A DNA stretch of 64,000 nucleotides from Botryllus schlosseri (GCA_051294905.1 CM119371.1:1490001-1554000), one strand, 5' to 3'. Shown: positions 25,601-40,523, counted from the stretch's first letter. Notes: generated from the sequence alone by a model not told the origin. Program-made: numbers and translations.

Positions 25601-28600
25601 TTCAGATTCAAAAGTTCCCCCGCACATGCTGATGGCGGAATGATTGATGGTGATCTGAATAGAAGATGTCGAAAACGTTACAAGAATGTATTCAAATACA
25701 TGAATACAAGCCTGAAAGCAAAGTCGTAATGCAGATACGGGCTATACAGATAGTGTGGGCAATAAAGAAATGGATTTGGTTACAGTACCGAATTTCTACA
25801 AATCTTCAGTTCCTAGAATCCTTGAATCTCAAGCCTAAATCAAGAATAATATTAGAGTTTAAAATTATGTTTGATATGGTAGATACCGACCATCTTTATA
25901 TCGGTATATCTATTACCGTAATTTTCCAAGTATTGTACGCCCCCATTTATAATACGCACCCTTTAAAATAGCATGCAAATTCTGGGAAAAAACCTGTACC
26001 AATGTATAGTACGCACCCTGCATTCGCAGTACATCAAAAGTTGCTTTAGTTGACCATGTCATTATCTTTTGGGATGACACTGTTGAACAATCATGACATA
26101 ACGATCGCTAATAAATATAAAATCAACGGCATTGTCTCTAAACAATAGTAGATTGAAGCCAAAGCCTGCGAGGCCTGCGGCGTGATAGTTCAGGCCAGCG
26201 ACATGACATCTTGCGCACGAGGCCTATTACACATGCGATTGCTCAGGTTAACAATCATGTCTTGCGCACCAAGTCTGTTGAAGATGCGACTGATTACGCA
26301 AGTGATTATATCTTGCGCACATGGTCAATTGAATATGCTATTGTTAAGGCCTGTCATCGACGCGATGAATTAGCGAGGATTGCTGCGCTTGCAGCAATCA
26401 ATGACCTAATTTTGATCACGTACAAATGGCAAACTAACTCAACATTAGGTCACGTGCTGTGCAAGGCTGTGCTGTGCAGTTATAGTTTTGAGTTTTGGAT
26501 GAGGAGTAGGCTACAGATTTTTTAAGCCGAGTAGTTTGTAGGCCTACATGTCCAGTTGAAGAGCAGCAATCCTGGATTGAAAGTAAGCATAGATGCAGCA
26601 ACATACGATTTGCTTGCTGTTCAGCGCTTCAACACAATTTGTCGATTCTTCTGGGTCTTGAATTGGACGAAAGTACATCACTTCCACATGCCGGTGCAAC
26701 GAATTGGTGGCGCTCTGAATAGAAGATGGCAAAATCGTGACATCAATGTATTGAAATACCTGAATGCCGTACATACAGGAGACCGAGGAGAGTACGAAAT
26801 ATACGATGGATATGGATCTGATGACTATATACATTGTGAGGGCAATATAGAGACACTAGACCAGTAAAGCGTTTTTTTTTTCACATGTCAAAATTTTTTT
26901 AAATTGTAGCGTTAGATCAAAAATAGTCAAAATTGTTCATGAAGCCAAAATTTTTCTGACGTCTGCATTTCGTTTGTATCGTAGATTTTGCACTGTCGCT
27001 GAGCTTATCATTTGATATTTTACAGCTTGTGGCCTACTTTATAGGCCTACCATTGTAAACTGCTAATTGTCTGCTCATTGTGAATCATAAACGGTAAAAT
27101 AAAACAAATAGGTAGACATAATGTTATGATCAACGTACCGAAATATTCTAACTGAAGAAAGACCTCTTGGGCATTGCATCATTTTTGTATTAGGAAGCAC
27201 ATGATGAAAAATTGTGACCTTGAAAATAAGATATATATTAACCCCTAAAAAATATCCCTTAAATATTTCACTTTTTGTTTTGGTCTTCAAATAATGTTGA
27301 ATTGCATAAAATCTCGGGGCAGTTCCATGTCATCTGTAAGAAAAGGTATAATAATTATAAGGGATGTATACAGTAGACACCCAGATTGAGATAGATGGCG
27401 ACATGAATGCCACTCAAGTAGAATAATGAAATATTTTCAAGCAGAGTCAAGGTGGTAGCAAACATTGTTGCTACTCAAGAACAATACAGTAATGAAATAT
27501 TAGCTGGGAGAGTCTAGAGATAGTTCATAACATTGATGCTAATCAATATAGTTGGTGAATGTTTCAATTGGTGGCAAAAATTTCCAAGTAGACAGAAATG
27601 AGAGGGAGAATCCTATAATATTGTCACACTTGACTGATTTCTATACACAATGACCCCCACTCGAGCTACATTTAGGGCCGAGCATCAAACATTATTAGGC
27701 CTAATCTCTTACACGACAGAATAGACCAATCTTTATACCATAGCAAAGTGAACAGGATTTTTAGGTCCAAGTAGCTCAATTACAGACGAAATTTCAAATT
27801 TGCCTTGGAAAAGCCTTTCAATTTCACAAGTGTATGATCATTAAAAGCTTGCTTTTCATCATGCTATAACTTGGACACTATACTTATGGTATGTAATTCA
27901 TGCAAATAAATTGATATTTACCAAGATATATTTCACTACGTTATGAACCAAACTTCTGCAAAATCTGAAACTTGATGGAGTCCAAATCTATTTTCATGGC
28001 ACAAACAATCCCTTACGCTGGATTGATCACGGCTCAAGGTTGAACTTGATCAGACTTCGCAGCATCATTTTACATTGAGACACATATTATCTATAGGACC
28101 AAGACACAGTGATTTGCGTACTAATACTCGAATCTGAATCGAACAGTCCTACCGTAACTGTAATTATTCGAGTCGGTTTTTTGGACTAATGAAACTTTAC
28201 GCCCAGTTCCATCAAAAAGCTATAATTGCATCAATTTTCTGAAACCTCGATTGGTCGTATCGCAACATACGAAAAATGGTGTACAAAGTTTGCACATTAT
28301 TGTAAATGATATTTCTGTGTAGCTGGATCGATTTGCAACATTGTCACGAAGTCAAATAAAGTATTTTCAAAAAATACCTTGTCATCATCATGTGGTGAAG
28401 AGCCGGTCTTATGTTTCATAGTTGCATGAAAAGTAGGACACATACTCAAACGTTTAGGTCTCCCAGACTCCATATACTTGTATCGTCATCATGAGTGATT
28501 ATCAAATACTTGATGTGAAGCCAGACTACAATCACTCATGTAGGCCTACCGGTATTCGATTTTGCCCAGATGTAAGCCTGTAATTACGAGCAAACCTTTT

Positions 28601-29059
28601 TCCAGCATGATTTCGTCTCCAGCATCATCGTCCATCGGTAATTCCATTTCAAGTCAACAACACAGTGACCCACTAGGTCTCCGATTTTCATGTCATTTTA
28701 GGAGTGAATCTAGTACGGTATCTAGCACTGAGTGTAGAAAACATGATTTTGCGCAAAATTAATACAATGAAACCATTTTGTGCTCACTCCACGATGAAGT
28801 TTAATTAGTTTCACATCACCTGTTACAGTACAATCACAAAACAGCGTATTGAAGTAGTTAAGAGCGAATGATGGTGTCTAATAACAGAATACAAGAAACT
28901 CTTGATACTGAAGGGAAAATTTTGGTACTTCTTCGATAGTAGGTAGACATCGAACAGTGTTCACCATGATCACCAATGAATGTTTCCCATGAACACGAAT
29001 AAAAATTTATAAACGTCAAAATGAATTGTTGTTTTTTTCTGTCATTGCAGAGACGGATA

Positions 29060-29330
29060 TTAGGGTTGGGTTGAGGGGTATTAGGATTGGGGGAAGAGGG
29101 ATATTTGGGCTTGAGAGGGGATGGTAGGCTTGGTGGAAATTAGGGTTATGGGAGGGGGAAACAAGGGTTTGGGATTGGAGGTGCGGTTTATTGAGGTTTC
29201 GATATTAAGGTTTGAGGAAAGGGGGATTGGAGGTGGGTTAGAGTCAAAGTTGGGGTTGGGTTATCCCAAGATTAGGGTTGGTGAATATTAGGGTTAGGGA
29301 AGGGGGGGGGCTAACAAGGGGGGCAGGGCA
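29060..29330 (+). repeat. G-rich degenerate (TTAGGG-like) low-complexity tract
   Basis: Scattered attagggtt units and many G runs. Confidence 0.7.
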
Positions 29331-30459
29331 CTGAAGATAAATATTTTTACACTGGCTTGCTGAATGTATCAATTTACACAACATGACAACATTCTCGGGT
29401 CATTTATGCAGACACAAGTTCAGATCTTCCTACAAAAAGCTTGTTTTCATCACGCGAAAACTTGAAAACTTCATTCAAAATGGATAACGGTAGCTATCTA
29501 CTCAACTATACCCTTTCACAAGCTGATGAGTCGAATTTCAGCAAAATCTGCAACTTGATGGAGATCATATCTCTCCTTGGTTCAGTTGACGTGAAATTAC
29601 ATGTATACAGCAGTTACCTAATGTCATAAACAATCCAGTAAGCTGGCTGTTTGACAAGGTTGTTTGGCAAGGTTGAACTTGATCAGAATTGTAGCATCAT
29701 TTTATATTCAGTAATTGCATTCTCGAGCGAGGCAGGAACGGACGATCGATACTCCAGGGAACCTCGAAAATCATGTTTGAAATAAGCTGTAAGCCAATAT
29801 GGAATCGGTGTCACCTGCAGACTAAAGACTCTATACTTATATACTATACACACAGGTGTGAAGCAAGACGCTGAGAACCGTCATGGCACACCAAACATAT
29901 CACGCTAAACGTACCAGGATTACATTTTCGAGCATATTGATTGAACACATAAACGCTTCTTTCTTGTCGAGGGCGATTTCTGGAGTCGGGGGTTACCGGT
30001 ATCGACTATCACGTCATGTTACTATTTCAAAAGATTTCACATCAGACCAAACCTTTCATAACACACTCATTCAGCAAGAGGCCATCACAATTTCGAGTTG
30101 GTAACCTCAATTCCTATCGATATACCAAGACTGTAGTATTGTATGTGAGGACGGTAGAAGCGTGAAACGGTATGCCAATGCAGCACATGGTCTACAATCA
30201 ACATCAAGCTAGGTTAGGTTTGCATATTCCCCCATTCGGCAACATGGAGATCCATCTATTCTTCCTAAATTCAGGTGTAAAACTTTACCATGTCGTTCTT
30301 TTTCGCTTTATCCAGTAATATAAGTGACTCAGTCTGTATTGTGAAACATATTAGCTGTATCTCCAACGTCCGATCGAATTAAAACTGGTATTAGAACACT
30401 CGATCAGCTGATTTCATTCCATGTTTTGACTTAGAGCCATTGATGCATGTGAGACATTA

Positions 30460-31635
30460 GCTCCACCACGCGGAATAACGAAAGGCGTCAAATACATAAC
30501 ATCATGCAGTTCGATATTTCAGTCCTACGAGACGTTAAGGAAAGAAGAAACACCAACCGAGGAGCTATCGCAAAAAGAGATCTACAACATCCTCATCAAG
30601 AACAGAACACAACATCAGGAGCACGAGCTGCAAGACTGGAAGCAAACGTGGCTCTACGACAATGATGTCAAGCACCACATCAACAACTATCAACGTGTAA
30701 TATCATACAGTATTATTAATGAAGCATACTTCACAGGAGCGCGTAAAAACAAAATGGGATGGACTACAAGAACATCCGTACCGCTCAAAAACGAATGCAA
30801 ATTCTGCAAGCAGAACCCAGATACGATGCAGCATATCTACACGAAATGCCCAGTGATCAAAAAGCTCTTCGACGTCATCAAATCCGACCTTGAGGACACA
30901 ATCCGAGCTGATATCATCCTAACGAGTGAAGACATGTCCCGAAATCACTACGACGGCCATCATAAGCAACAAATCTTCGAAACCTTCATGCAAATGAAAG
31001 AGATGATATGGCGTTGGAAAGCATCGCTCGACATTGAGAACGAATACGCCAATGACGTCACAAACAGAATTGAACTCGTACGAACATCGCTACACCCAAA
31101 CACACAGGAAGCAAGACAGCAATGGGATAGAGGATGAAGAGGAAGAAAACATACGCACGCGCGAATATCGCTTCCCAGACGCAATTATATACATTAACAT
31201 CATAACATAAAGCTACACAATCACGCAAACCTTTTCCAAAACTCGCAATTTTCCTATCTTCGTTTTCTGTCATAACTCATATTACATGCACGTTTATCCT
31301 TCCGTTGAACAATGAATAAAGAAAATACCCCCACCCCCCCCACCCCACACACACAAGCCCCACAATAAATTTTGGTAAATAACGTGAAATTGACAAAGAT
31401 ATGGAAATTTTATAAGCAAATCTTCCAAAACCACCGGGAAAGAAAAAGAAAGCATTTGATTGACGACCACACCCAGAACCAACGAAAGATCACCTACCAC
31501 ACCCTGTGCTAAACACAACCCAAGATGAACGCCATCTTGCCCAATAGCACCACTTTTCATAATTTCCTATACTTTCTATTCATCTATTTTTATTATGTTT
31601 TTGCTGATACTTTTGCATACTTGGAATAAAAACAC
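30460..31635 (+). mobile_element. 5'-truncated L1/Tx1-like LINE 3' end (zf-RVT CCHC domain plus 3' UTR)
   Basis: Open frame 30460-31137: KEIYNIL..DWKQTW..CKFCKQNPDTMQHIYTKCP..IWR. A/C-rich 3' UTR ending near AATAAA at ~31625. Confidence 0.78.
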
Positions 31636-32869
31636 TAAGAAGGCAGTGTTGGGATTAAGCCACTGCCTTCGAATCACAAGTCATCTCGAATCATTCCACA
31701 TTTTACTCTAGTCAAGTCAATTCACTTGATTTTCATAGGTGACAATGGTCAAGTCAAGTCACTCGGTTTTTGGAGGCGACCCGAGTCACGTTGACTCAAG
31801 TCAAGTCAAGTCACGAGTCAGGTCTAGTCAAGAGTAAAGTCAAGTTGAAATTTCAAAGTAATATACATGATTTAAAGTCATTACTAACTAGGGCTATTTT
31901 TGGCACGTCAAAAAAAGTTAAAAATTTTTCACATAATGAGTTCGATTTATTAAGCTGTTCTTGTGTAAATCACACTAACATGTAACTTAGTTACTCCCGC
32001 CATTTATCGGTTTCAAAAATCTAGTGTTTTTTGGCTGTAACTCGTTTTGTGTTCACAATAGAGAAAACTTGCTTCTAAGACAGATAGAAGCATGATGTTT
32101 TGGCAGCTTTCATGACCCTACAACCAGTGATTGTCGAGATGGCAATTTCACCACTTCTCGCGCAGAAATTGGGGGAATGCTGGCTGGAAAATGGAGGCAA
32201 TCCCCTAAAACCAATTTTTATTGAAGTTTCAAGACATTTTTCGGGGCTTTAGAATCCCCTTTTTTCGATTTGAAAAAAGTCTTTTTCACTCCACCCTACA
32301 ACATTTCAATATTTAACGACAAATGACGATATATATCCTCACCTCTCCACCAAGCCTACCAACCTCTCATTCGAATTAAGTTCTGACGCATGAAACGATT
32401 GTCTGGCATTCATCCTCATTGCTACGCAACCTTTTGTCACATTGTACGCATTCGCGTAAAATACATTGTCTCTCCATATCCCGATAACCCAATGAAAATA
32501 CAAGGCTCAAATAACTGATTAATATTTATTTCAAATCAATTCTATACATTTCATAACATGAAAACGCAGCCCAATACAACATAAAATCACGGAAATTACA
32601 GCCATTACTCTATAAGTGTAAGATGAAGATATTTATTAGGAGTCATTAACAATACTCTGAGTTATGAGTTGTGGATAATGTCAGTATAATTGAAAATTAG
32701 TCACAATGGACAGTAGGAGTAATTTATAGAATGTCGAGCAGCAAATCATAATATCTCAGTAAAAAGGGAACATTGAATCACATTCATCAAATTATTTGAA
32801 ATCGCGAAATTGCATCAATTAAACATGAAATAACCAGTTTAAATACTTAAATGAAATGCTCTCCATATT

Positions 32870-32963
32870 TCAATTTTGTTGTTGAGGAATCGTTGGCTCT
32901 TGTAAACGATCAACGATGTTGCTTCTGTTACTTTCCGTACCGCTGACTGGAAAACAAGTACCT
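32870..32963 (-). CDS. Terminal coding exon of an uncharacterised minus-strand gene
   Basis: ttattcag acceptor, phase 2, (R)GTCFPVSGTESNRSNIVDRLQEPTIPQQQN*. AATAAA downstream at 32632-32637 and 32525-32530. Confidence 0.6.
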
Positions 32964-33535
32964 CTGAATAAATCAATATCATAGTTAATCAATCATGTTT
33001 CCCAACTATTCGGACTATGAGCCGGAGATGGACTGGACTGTTTACACGGGTACGTCTTTACACTGCACAAATTAGAATTGGACTTTTTGTACACGACCTG
33101 GGCTCATAGTCCGAGATAGATTTTAGGGATTCGATCGACAGGTGGATTGTGCATTTCTATTCCCGCACGACAATTGTCAGGTTTCGTCGGCACACAATCC
33201 TATATTTGGTAACATATTTAGTTAGTACAGGAAATTCGTGAAGATAAAACAGCTGGCAACACATCGTATCTCAGGTAGCGGTATTGGCTGGGACGGGTAA
33301 ATAGCTATAGGACTTTGTTGACAGTTTACATTTAGATTAGGAAATTGCGGTGTAGCTAACAATGCCGAGTATCAATGACATTTGAAAAGTAGCTCAACAT
33401 CTTGTTTGATGGAAAGTATATTTTCTATTCTAATCATCATCTGTATCAGTGGAAAATTCATCAAAATAAGGACCGCGTTACTTCTTCAATATAGCCTAAA
33501 ATAGGTGACGATAAGTGTACTCACTGTACTGCTAT

Positions 33536-34020
33536 CAGACTCAGATAACTCTAGTTGTCTAATTAGAGCGTAATGCCGGTAACCTAATTTGAATCTATTT
33601 CTGCTCTAATTCTAATCTAATTTGTGAAATTTTTATATGCTCTCATTTTAATTTAAACCCGATCTCCGGTTTTCCTGTAAATGTTACTGAGAGAAATGTA
33701 TAGTGCGAAACGAGCCAAGCTTGTTGTACAGAGATTTGTTATTGTCATGCTCATAAGAATGAGACTTGATTTGATACTTTTTGATAATTTTTGTGTATTC
33801 AGTAATTCTAATTCCAATCTAATTTGGAAATATGCATCGCCATAAATATAGTTTTAAAGTATTTAAAAAAAAGTGACGCGATAATTAAATTCTACTACAA
33901 TTTGAAAAAAACTGTGTAGCGTCAATTCTAATTCTACTGTATGTTGGAAACAATTGTAATTGTAATTCTAGTTCTAATCTAATTTACAAAAGCAGGAAAT
34001 CTTCTAAATGGCCGAGTCTG
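33536..34020. mobile_element. MITE with cagactc termini and tctaat repeats; relatives at ~545-720, 7400-7560, 21700-22345
   Basis: cagactcag..ccgagtctg ends and a shared internal sequence with 21940-22345. Confidence 0.6.
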
Positions 34021-35422
34021 ACTGGAAATGAATCTGAAATCTTGTCGATTTGCGGTAAAACTGTCGAGCACATTTTGTCCAAGAGCGATGGTTACGGGAA
34101 ATTTGTAAGTTGTCACATAAGATTACCTAATAAAAGTATTCGACAACCAGTCCCAGTAATAAGATTTAAAATTCACATACTCCAGTACTTTTCAAACCTT
34201 CATTTACACTATTGCTACATGAAACCAAGTAAAAATATTGACGGGATCACTACAACTTCTGTTCGAGTTTAATCAACGACTATTTTGTTCGTTTCTATAA
34301 CGATGATGTGCTACAAGATATTACGGCCAATAACTCTATTTAGTTCACCTCCAGCAGCTGAACAATTCCGACGTATTGATTTTCTACCTACGCCGTATTG
34401 ACATATAAATTCTTCAAGTATCGTATCAAATCTCAGTTTTATAACGTAATAAATATTTATCCTAAGAAACTGAGACCTGCGTGTTCTGAATGCAGCAAGT
34501 AATCATGTATTGAAGTGACGCATTACTGCCGAAGATCAACTTTAGTATTTTAAATTGGCAGTGGTGGTCAGTAGTAACCAAGTACTTCTAATTATGCGAA
34601 GTACAAGAGTACGTTTAGCTCATTTTCACTACCTAGGGGAGATGTGGTACCGACGGATCAAAAATTACAAAATGTTCTCTGGCACGCAAATCTTCAGCCG
34701 AGAACAGCAGATCTTTTGCTGTCTCAACACTTTGATACAAGCTCTACCTATCGCGGGCATTTACATGAATATCCGCCTTTTCAAAAAATATTTATTAACG
34801 TTTAAAATTTGTTGCTCGAACGTGTCATCGGTCCCCACCCGGTGGGTCCAAAGGCACACGACCATGGGACCTATGAGACATACGCTCAAAAACTCAAATT
34901 TGATGACTTGTTTTGTTGTGTACTGTAAGCTAAGCTACAGCAAGTTAATGAAGAATGTTTCGTAGCGACCTTCAAGAATCAAATAGATTATATGAACTCA
35001 AATGTTGGCAAAAAATCATGTTTTGATTTACGCCTAAACTTACAAAATGAATGCCACATACATATCACCCGCCAATCAACATTTTGACTTTCAAATACCT
35101 CGTAACAGCGATAAAACACCGCATGTAACTATGATTCAACGCCTATATATATGTAGGCGAGTTTCTGTTGTTGAGTGATTAGTTGGTGGATTTTTTTCAA
35201 TGAAGCACCGTTTGAAACCCCATGTTAAATTGTAATGACGACACTATCCGACATCATTTTGTTTAATAATCTCTATTAATTTATTTGATGCACAGATCAC
35301 GTCACAATATTTCTAGGCAGTTGTTTGAAACCGGATGTGCATGAGAATGGATCGACGACAAAATGGAAGGATAAATTTCAACTCTCATTTTAGAACGGTC
35401 AGACTTCGCAACATCTACTCAC

Positions 35423-35474
35423 CTCCAATAAAAACTCCAGTCGAGTCGCTGCCAGGCATCTCCATATGCTTTCA
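35423..35474 (-). CDS. Internal exon (52 nt, phase 1 to 2)
   Basis: ctcatttcag / gtgagt. (V)KAYGDAWQRLDWSFYW(R). Phases fit both neighbours. Confidence 0.65.
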
Positions 35475-36120
35475 CTGAAATGAGAAATACTTGATTGTAA
35501 AAGATGAATGCATCCTATGAATTGTGCTTTGTTGCAGAACATATTGTGTCATATCTGAAACAGTCATCTGGTTCGAACCGAGTTAAAATAATCAAAAATA
35601 TAAATGATTTGTGTCTTACGATACACGAAGGTTTATTTATGGTAAGTAGGCGTATGGAACCTGCGCTTATCCACTATTTAAAAATCTAAATCCGGTTCCG
35701 GATGAGAGATTCAAATCTAAGTACTAATCCATATATAGTTTTGTATCGCGTCCAAATCCACGTCCAATCCTGTAATGGCTGAAACTTGATCAAAAGTCGC
35801 ATAAAAACGAAGGTTAATTTCAAAATAGAGATGCAAATCTATCTTCGCATGAATCAGAAATCGACATCCGATCAAAAGTGAGGCAGAAGAGATGACGCGT
35901 GACCTCAATACCAGAGAGATGTATAGAGTGGAGTGGAAAATTTTGATATTATTTGTTCTAGTTTCCTTTCAATACAACATTCATTGTAACAGAATATTCA
36001 TTAACTCGAAGACTTTTCGTGTGCCTCTTTTCAAGAGTTAACGGCACACTAAAGGGGTTTAAACAGATTTAAAAGCAAAACCAAAAAGGTAAAGTATGAC
36101 GCAACGAATTGTACTGGTAC

Positions 36121-39100
36121 CATAGGCGCCGACTTACGAGCTTACGAGGTGGCGGCCACCTCGTATAAAATGCTCAAACGCCCAAGTGATTTTTGACCAG
36201 TAATTAGTAATAAGGCGAATCGATGCGACCTCGTTAGAGACGTCTTCGATTTCGATACGCGCGCGTGCCAGGCGCGTAGCCACGGAGGTTTTGGGGATCG
36301 AACTTCCCTATTTGAGACGTGAAACCCCGTCATTTTGAAATGATCATTCTAACTCTGATATTCAGTTGCCATTCAATAATTGTGTATCAGTCTTCCGCGC
36401 GGCGGATTTGCGAGAAACGTGTTGTCAATTAGCAAGAAGAATCCGTGATGATCTCCCACTGAGATGATTGTAAAATTAGGTCATTCATGGCAATCGTCGC
36501 TAGCCTAATTTATCGCGTCTCGATCAAGCCTGGTTCCGCAGGCTTCAACAATCGCATCTGTAATAGGCCCAGTTCAACTGCGCAATCGAATCTGCATTGG
36601 CGGATTCGGCCTGGTGTGCACAATATTATCGCTGGCCTACACAATAGCATCTGCAATAGGCCTGGAGTGAAATATATCATTGCTGGCCTATGACCTAACT
36701 ATCGCGTCTAGGGCTTAGCAAGCTTTGGCTCCTATCTCTCGCTGGTTTCGAGACAATGCGGTCGAGTTTACGCTAATTAGTGATTATCTTATGTCATATT
36801 GATTAAAAAGCGACATCGCGAAACTGAATAACATCAAATCGCTGCAAACAGACTTTAACATGCAAAATTGATTCCCGCCAATACTTGAACGTAACGACCA
36901 GAAGATGTGTATCATGTCTCGAGTTCAGGAATACGACAAATGTTTGAAGTCGGTGCAATCAAGTTCGGACATTTTGATTTGCGAGAACTGTAGCCGAGAC
37001 ACGCGCGTATTTAATTGTTCACCAGAGATCAGTGACTCGCTAATTGACAGCACTCCAGGACTCTTTGGCAAGCTTTATCATACGCCTAAAATCGTCGATA
37101 CGAAGAGATTATATGATCGCCATTTACACATGTACTTGACCCTAATTGAATTGATGCTATATTGGTAAATTGAAAAAAAAAATCAAATCCCCAGTAAGTT
37201 TTCGATTGGTCGCGCGCCTAGTGTGTGCTGAGAAGCACCATCCTAGATCTCATCTGCCGACAATGCGCCCAAATATACGTTCTGCTTTTCTGAAATCTAA
37301 ATTATGTGCACTTTGTGCACCCATATTTGTTTAGAAAACCATTCATGACCTAGCTAGCTTCATGATAAGTAATAGGAGCCCGAAATTGGAGGGTGTGTTG
37401 GTGTGTGCCTGCAAATTGGAATTCATTTCTGCGCAGATTCGTTTCTCTAACAAGGCTTTGCCAGTGACATTAATCGGGAAATGCAGCAATACAGCTTAAA
37501 CACCGATATAATGAGAAAACAATTGTCGCGACGAAAGCTACTCAATACGGTGTCAGACTCAAAACCAATTCGTGGCGATACTGATTAGATTACACGCTTT
37601 CTCATTTGCCATCATTCATATTTCTTGTTATCTACTTGATACATTCGTACTCCGAAATTGTCGCACAAAGTCATTTTTCAGTCTTTCTTTCATTATTAAC
37701 GTGATGCATCACAAAATTATGGGTGGCACAAATTCTGATTTTATTCGATTCGTTTGAACAGGGAACCTTCTACATTCCGATAAACTTGATTGCTGGATGT
37801 ACTCGTATCGAGAACAACATTATCGCATATTAAACTATTAGGCACTAGATAGACAGTGGATTTCTATTGGTAAGGTCGCGGCATGCGTCCGAAAGTGGAA
37901 TTAATTCTAGTCCAAGGGTGGCCAACCCATGGCCGTAGAACGAAATTTGTGCGGCCGTCAACACGTAATTCAATTAGTATGCGTTGGCGGCCGTCGACAT
38001 GCAGATTGGATTTACGAATTGACCGATGTATTCCCGAAATGCTTCGCGAACTTAAATCGGGAAATGCATCAATATTTTAATCATCAAACAATTGCCGCGA
38101 TGCGAGTTAGTCAACGCGAACCAAGAAACCGCAAGAGACAATTACTGATTGGCTGCGCGATTTCGCGTTTGTAATCATCATTATTGTCTGCTTGAAGTAT
38201 TCGAGAGTTGTCGTGTGTTACTTGCAAGGCCAGTGCGCGTTGTATTTCGTTAGTCACAATGGGCATTGCGCGTGAATAATATTGATGCAGCTGCAGCAGG
38301 TGCGTATCCAGAGCGCGAAAAAAAGGGGGGGGGGCGGGTGCGTTAAGAAATTGGCTATTGTGACGTCATCATTACGATCACTCGTATCCAGTGTTGCCAA
38401 TCTAGGTTACCGGAAAAACACAAGATTATGTCGTGAAAAAACACTAGATTGGCGAAAAAAACACTAGATTAGTACATGGCAGGAATAATTTGCCCTTGTC
38501 AAGTAATCATGATGACCATAAGGTACAAATCCACAGATAAGAAGTGTTCCACACATGAATTCGATACATAAACTGCATGATTATTCAACGAAAATTAATG
38601 AAACGAATTCAATAGCGCAAAAACATCAAATATTGTCGCTTTCGAATTGTACACGGCATCATAAAAATTATCTTTCGATTATACACCATCCATCACTACC
38701 GTGCATCCTCAACCAAAAAATGGGGAGGTTTCCATGTGCAGCATACTTCAATTCCACGAATGCAGTGGAATGTGGCAATGCCAAGAGATTCGTCATGAGC
38801 TTCCCCAGTAAAGAATATTTTGATTCACCGAATCCATTGTGCACTGATTTCAATTTTTGCAAAAATTCTGTGTGAGGGCATTGACTGATAACCTGCAGCT
38901 CATTTTGCGATCTTGCCAAAGCAGCCCATTCTTCTGACAAATCATCAAGTTCATCAAATAATATCACAGAGGGAAATTGCACAGCTAGACGAATAATTGA
39001 TTTTACTATTCTTCGGCCTGCTTACATTTTTTTACATTTATTTATGACGCGAGACTCGAATTGAACAATGCTTAATTAGTACTCCACCAATGCAGCTGAC

Positions 39101-39802
39101 TGGATGATCCGCGGGAATCCCGCTGCAGCATTGTATTATATTTTTATTGCAATTTTGTTCAATAAAGCTGTCTGTCTGTCTCTGTAAATGAATATCTTGC
39201 CCGAATCTGCAGACTGAGTTTAACAAGAAACGACAGAGCATCAGAGCGAAATCGCTCTGCATTTTTTCAGAGACTTTCGCTCATGAGTACGGTTTCACAG
39301 CGCACCCTGTTACGTAATAATTGCTTGTTACTGCACCACCACCGCCATGGGCCATAGTGGTTTTAGTCCCCTTAAATTACATTAAGAAGCCATATTTGCC
39401 TTCTCATACGTAAAAACAAATATGTTAAACTAATAAATTAGCAAATATTAGAGGCTATATTTGACATCAATTTTTAGGATTTTGAAAAGGGGGGGGGATT
39501 ACGGCCCCCTAAACCCCCCTGGATACGCCACAGAACTGCAGATTACGTCGGACGGACTGGTAGCGCGGGCCGCAGTTACACTTCAAATGATCGTACCGTT
39601 TTAAGATTACTCGACTGCATGGTTTGATATTAATGAGTGCAAGGCCGATAATAAAACGTCACGCGAATGGTTTAACGCTGCACGTACACCAGCGGCATGC
39701 AGTAAAGTGCGTTTTCGTGCGACGATGACGTCATCGAGATGGAACAACTATGACGTTGTAAGACTTCGCCACCTCGTAAAAAAATAAAAGTCGGCGTCTA
39801 TG
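36121..39802. mobile_element. hAT-like element with CATAG termini containing nested fragments
   Basis: TIR cataggcgccgactt / aagtcggcgtctatg with subterminal gccacctcgta motifs. TSD actggtac/gctgctac (6 of 8 match). An internally deleted reverse copy lies at ~44090-45078. Confidence 0.72.
38750..38990 (-). pseudogene. hAT transposase C-terminal dimerisation-domain remnant
   Basis: FPSVI..LDDLSEEW..EF.QKL...GESKYSLLGKLMTNLLALPHSTAFVE resembles the hATC motif K(Y/F)..L..L...L.LPHS.A..ER. Confidence 0.72.
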
Positions 39803-40523
39803 GCTGCTACTATAGTACCGTATGTTCGTATACTACTACATTTATGAAAACATTTGTAGCAAACATCGTCGCGTGGCGCGCATGAAAATTTCGGGATTTG
39901 ACATGTTCTGTGGATGTTAATTTGCTCTGAATACTCATTAAGGACATGTCTTACTACCACATTATCTACTACGAAGTAATTTTTCTTCAGCGCCCCCTAT
40001 ATCGCCCCCTTGAGCCCAGCGACCCCAATTTCGTCCCTTGAGCGCTACCGCCCCCTTCAAAATCGCTAGCGCCCCTTGCGGGGCCGCTGGAGACAAGGTT
40101 AAGAACCACTGGTATACATCAACAGTTTTTTTATGGTGAATACTAATTTTTGCATACTTGATATTGTCATGTGAAAAGTAATTTTTGACGCACTTCAACG
40201 ACGCCTTGCTTCGAAATTGATAGAAGTGATATGCAAGCTCACAATTAGCAACGTGTGAGAGATCATGCCTGAATTTCGTACATCAACTTTTCGAATTAAG
40301 TATGGGATATCGAAATACTAAAATTCACGATTACCGTGCGTTATCACGTAACCCTGGCCACGACGCTACGTCATGCATGAAACTAAAGCCTCAGGATTTT
40401 TAGCTGCGCTAGTAACGAATTGGATTTTTTACGTGAATTGACCCTTTCATTCGAAATGATCGCGCATATATAATATACCTTAAAAAGCTTTCTAAGATAC
40501 GATGCAACCAAACAATGACTCAC

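Noticed and set aside
29060..29330. True telomere or interstitial telomeric array
   Set aside because: There is no tandem run of perfect TTAGGG units.
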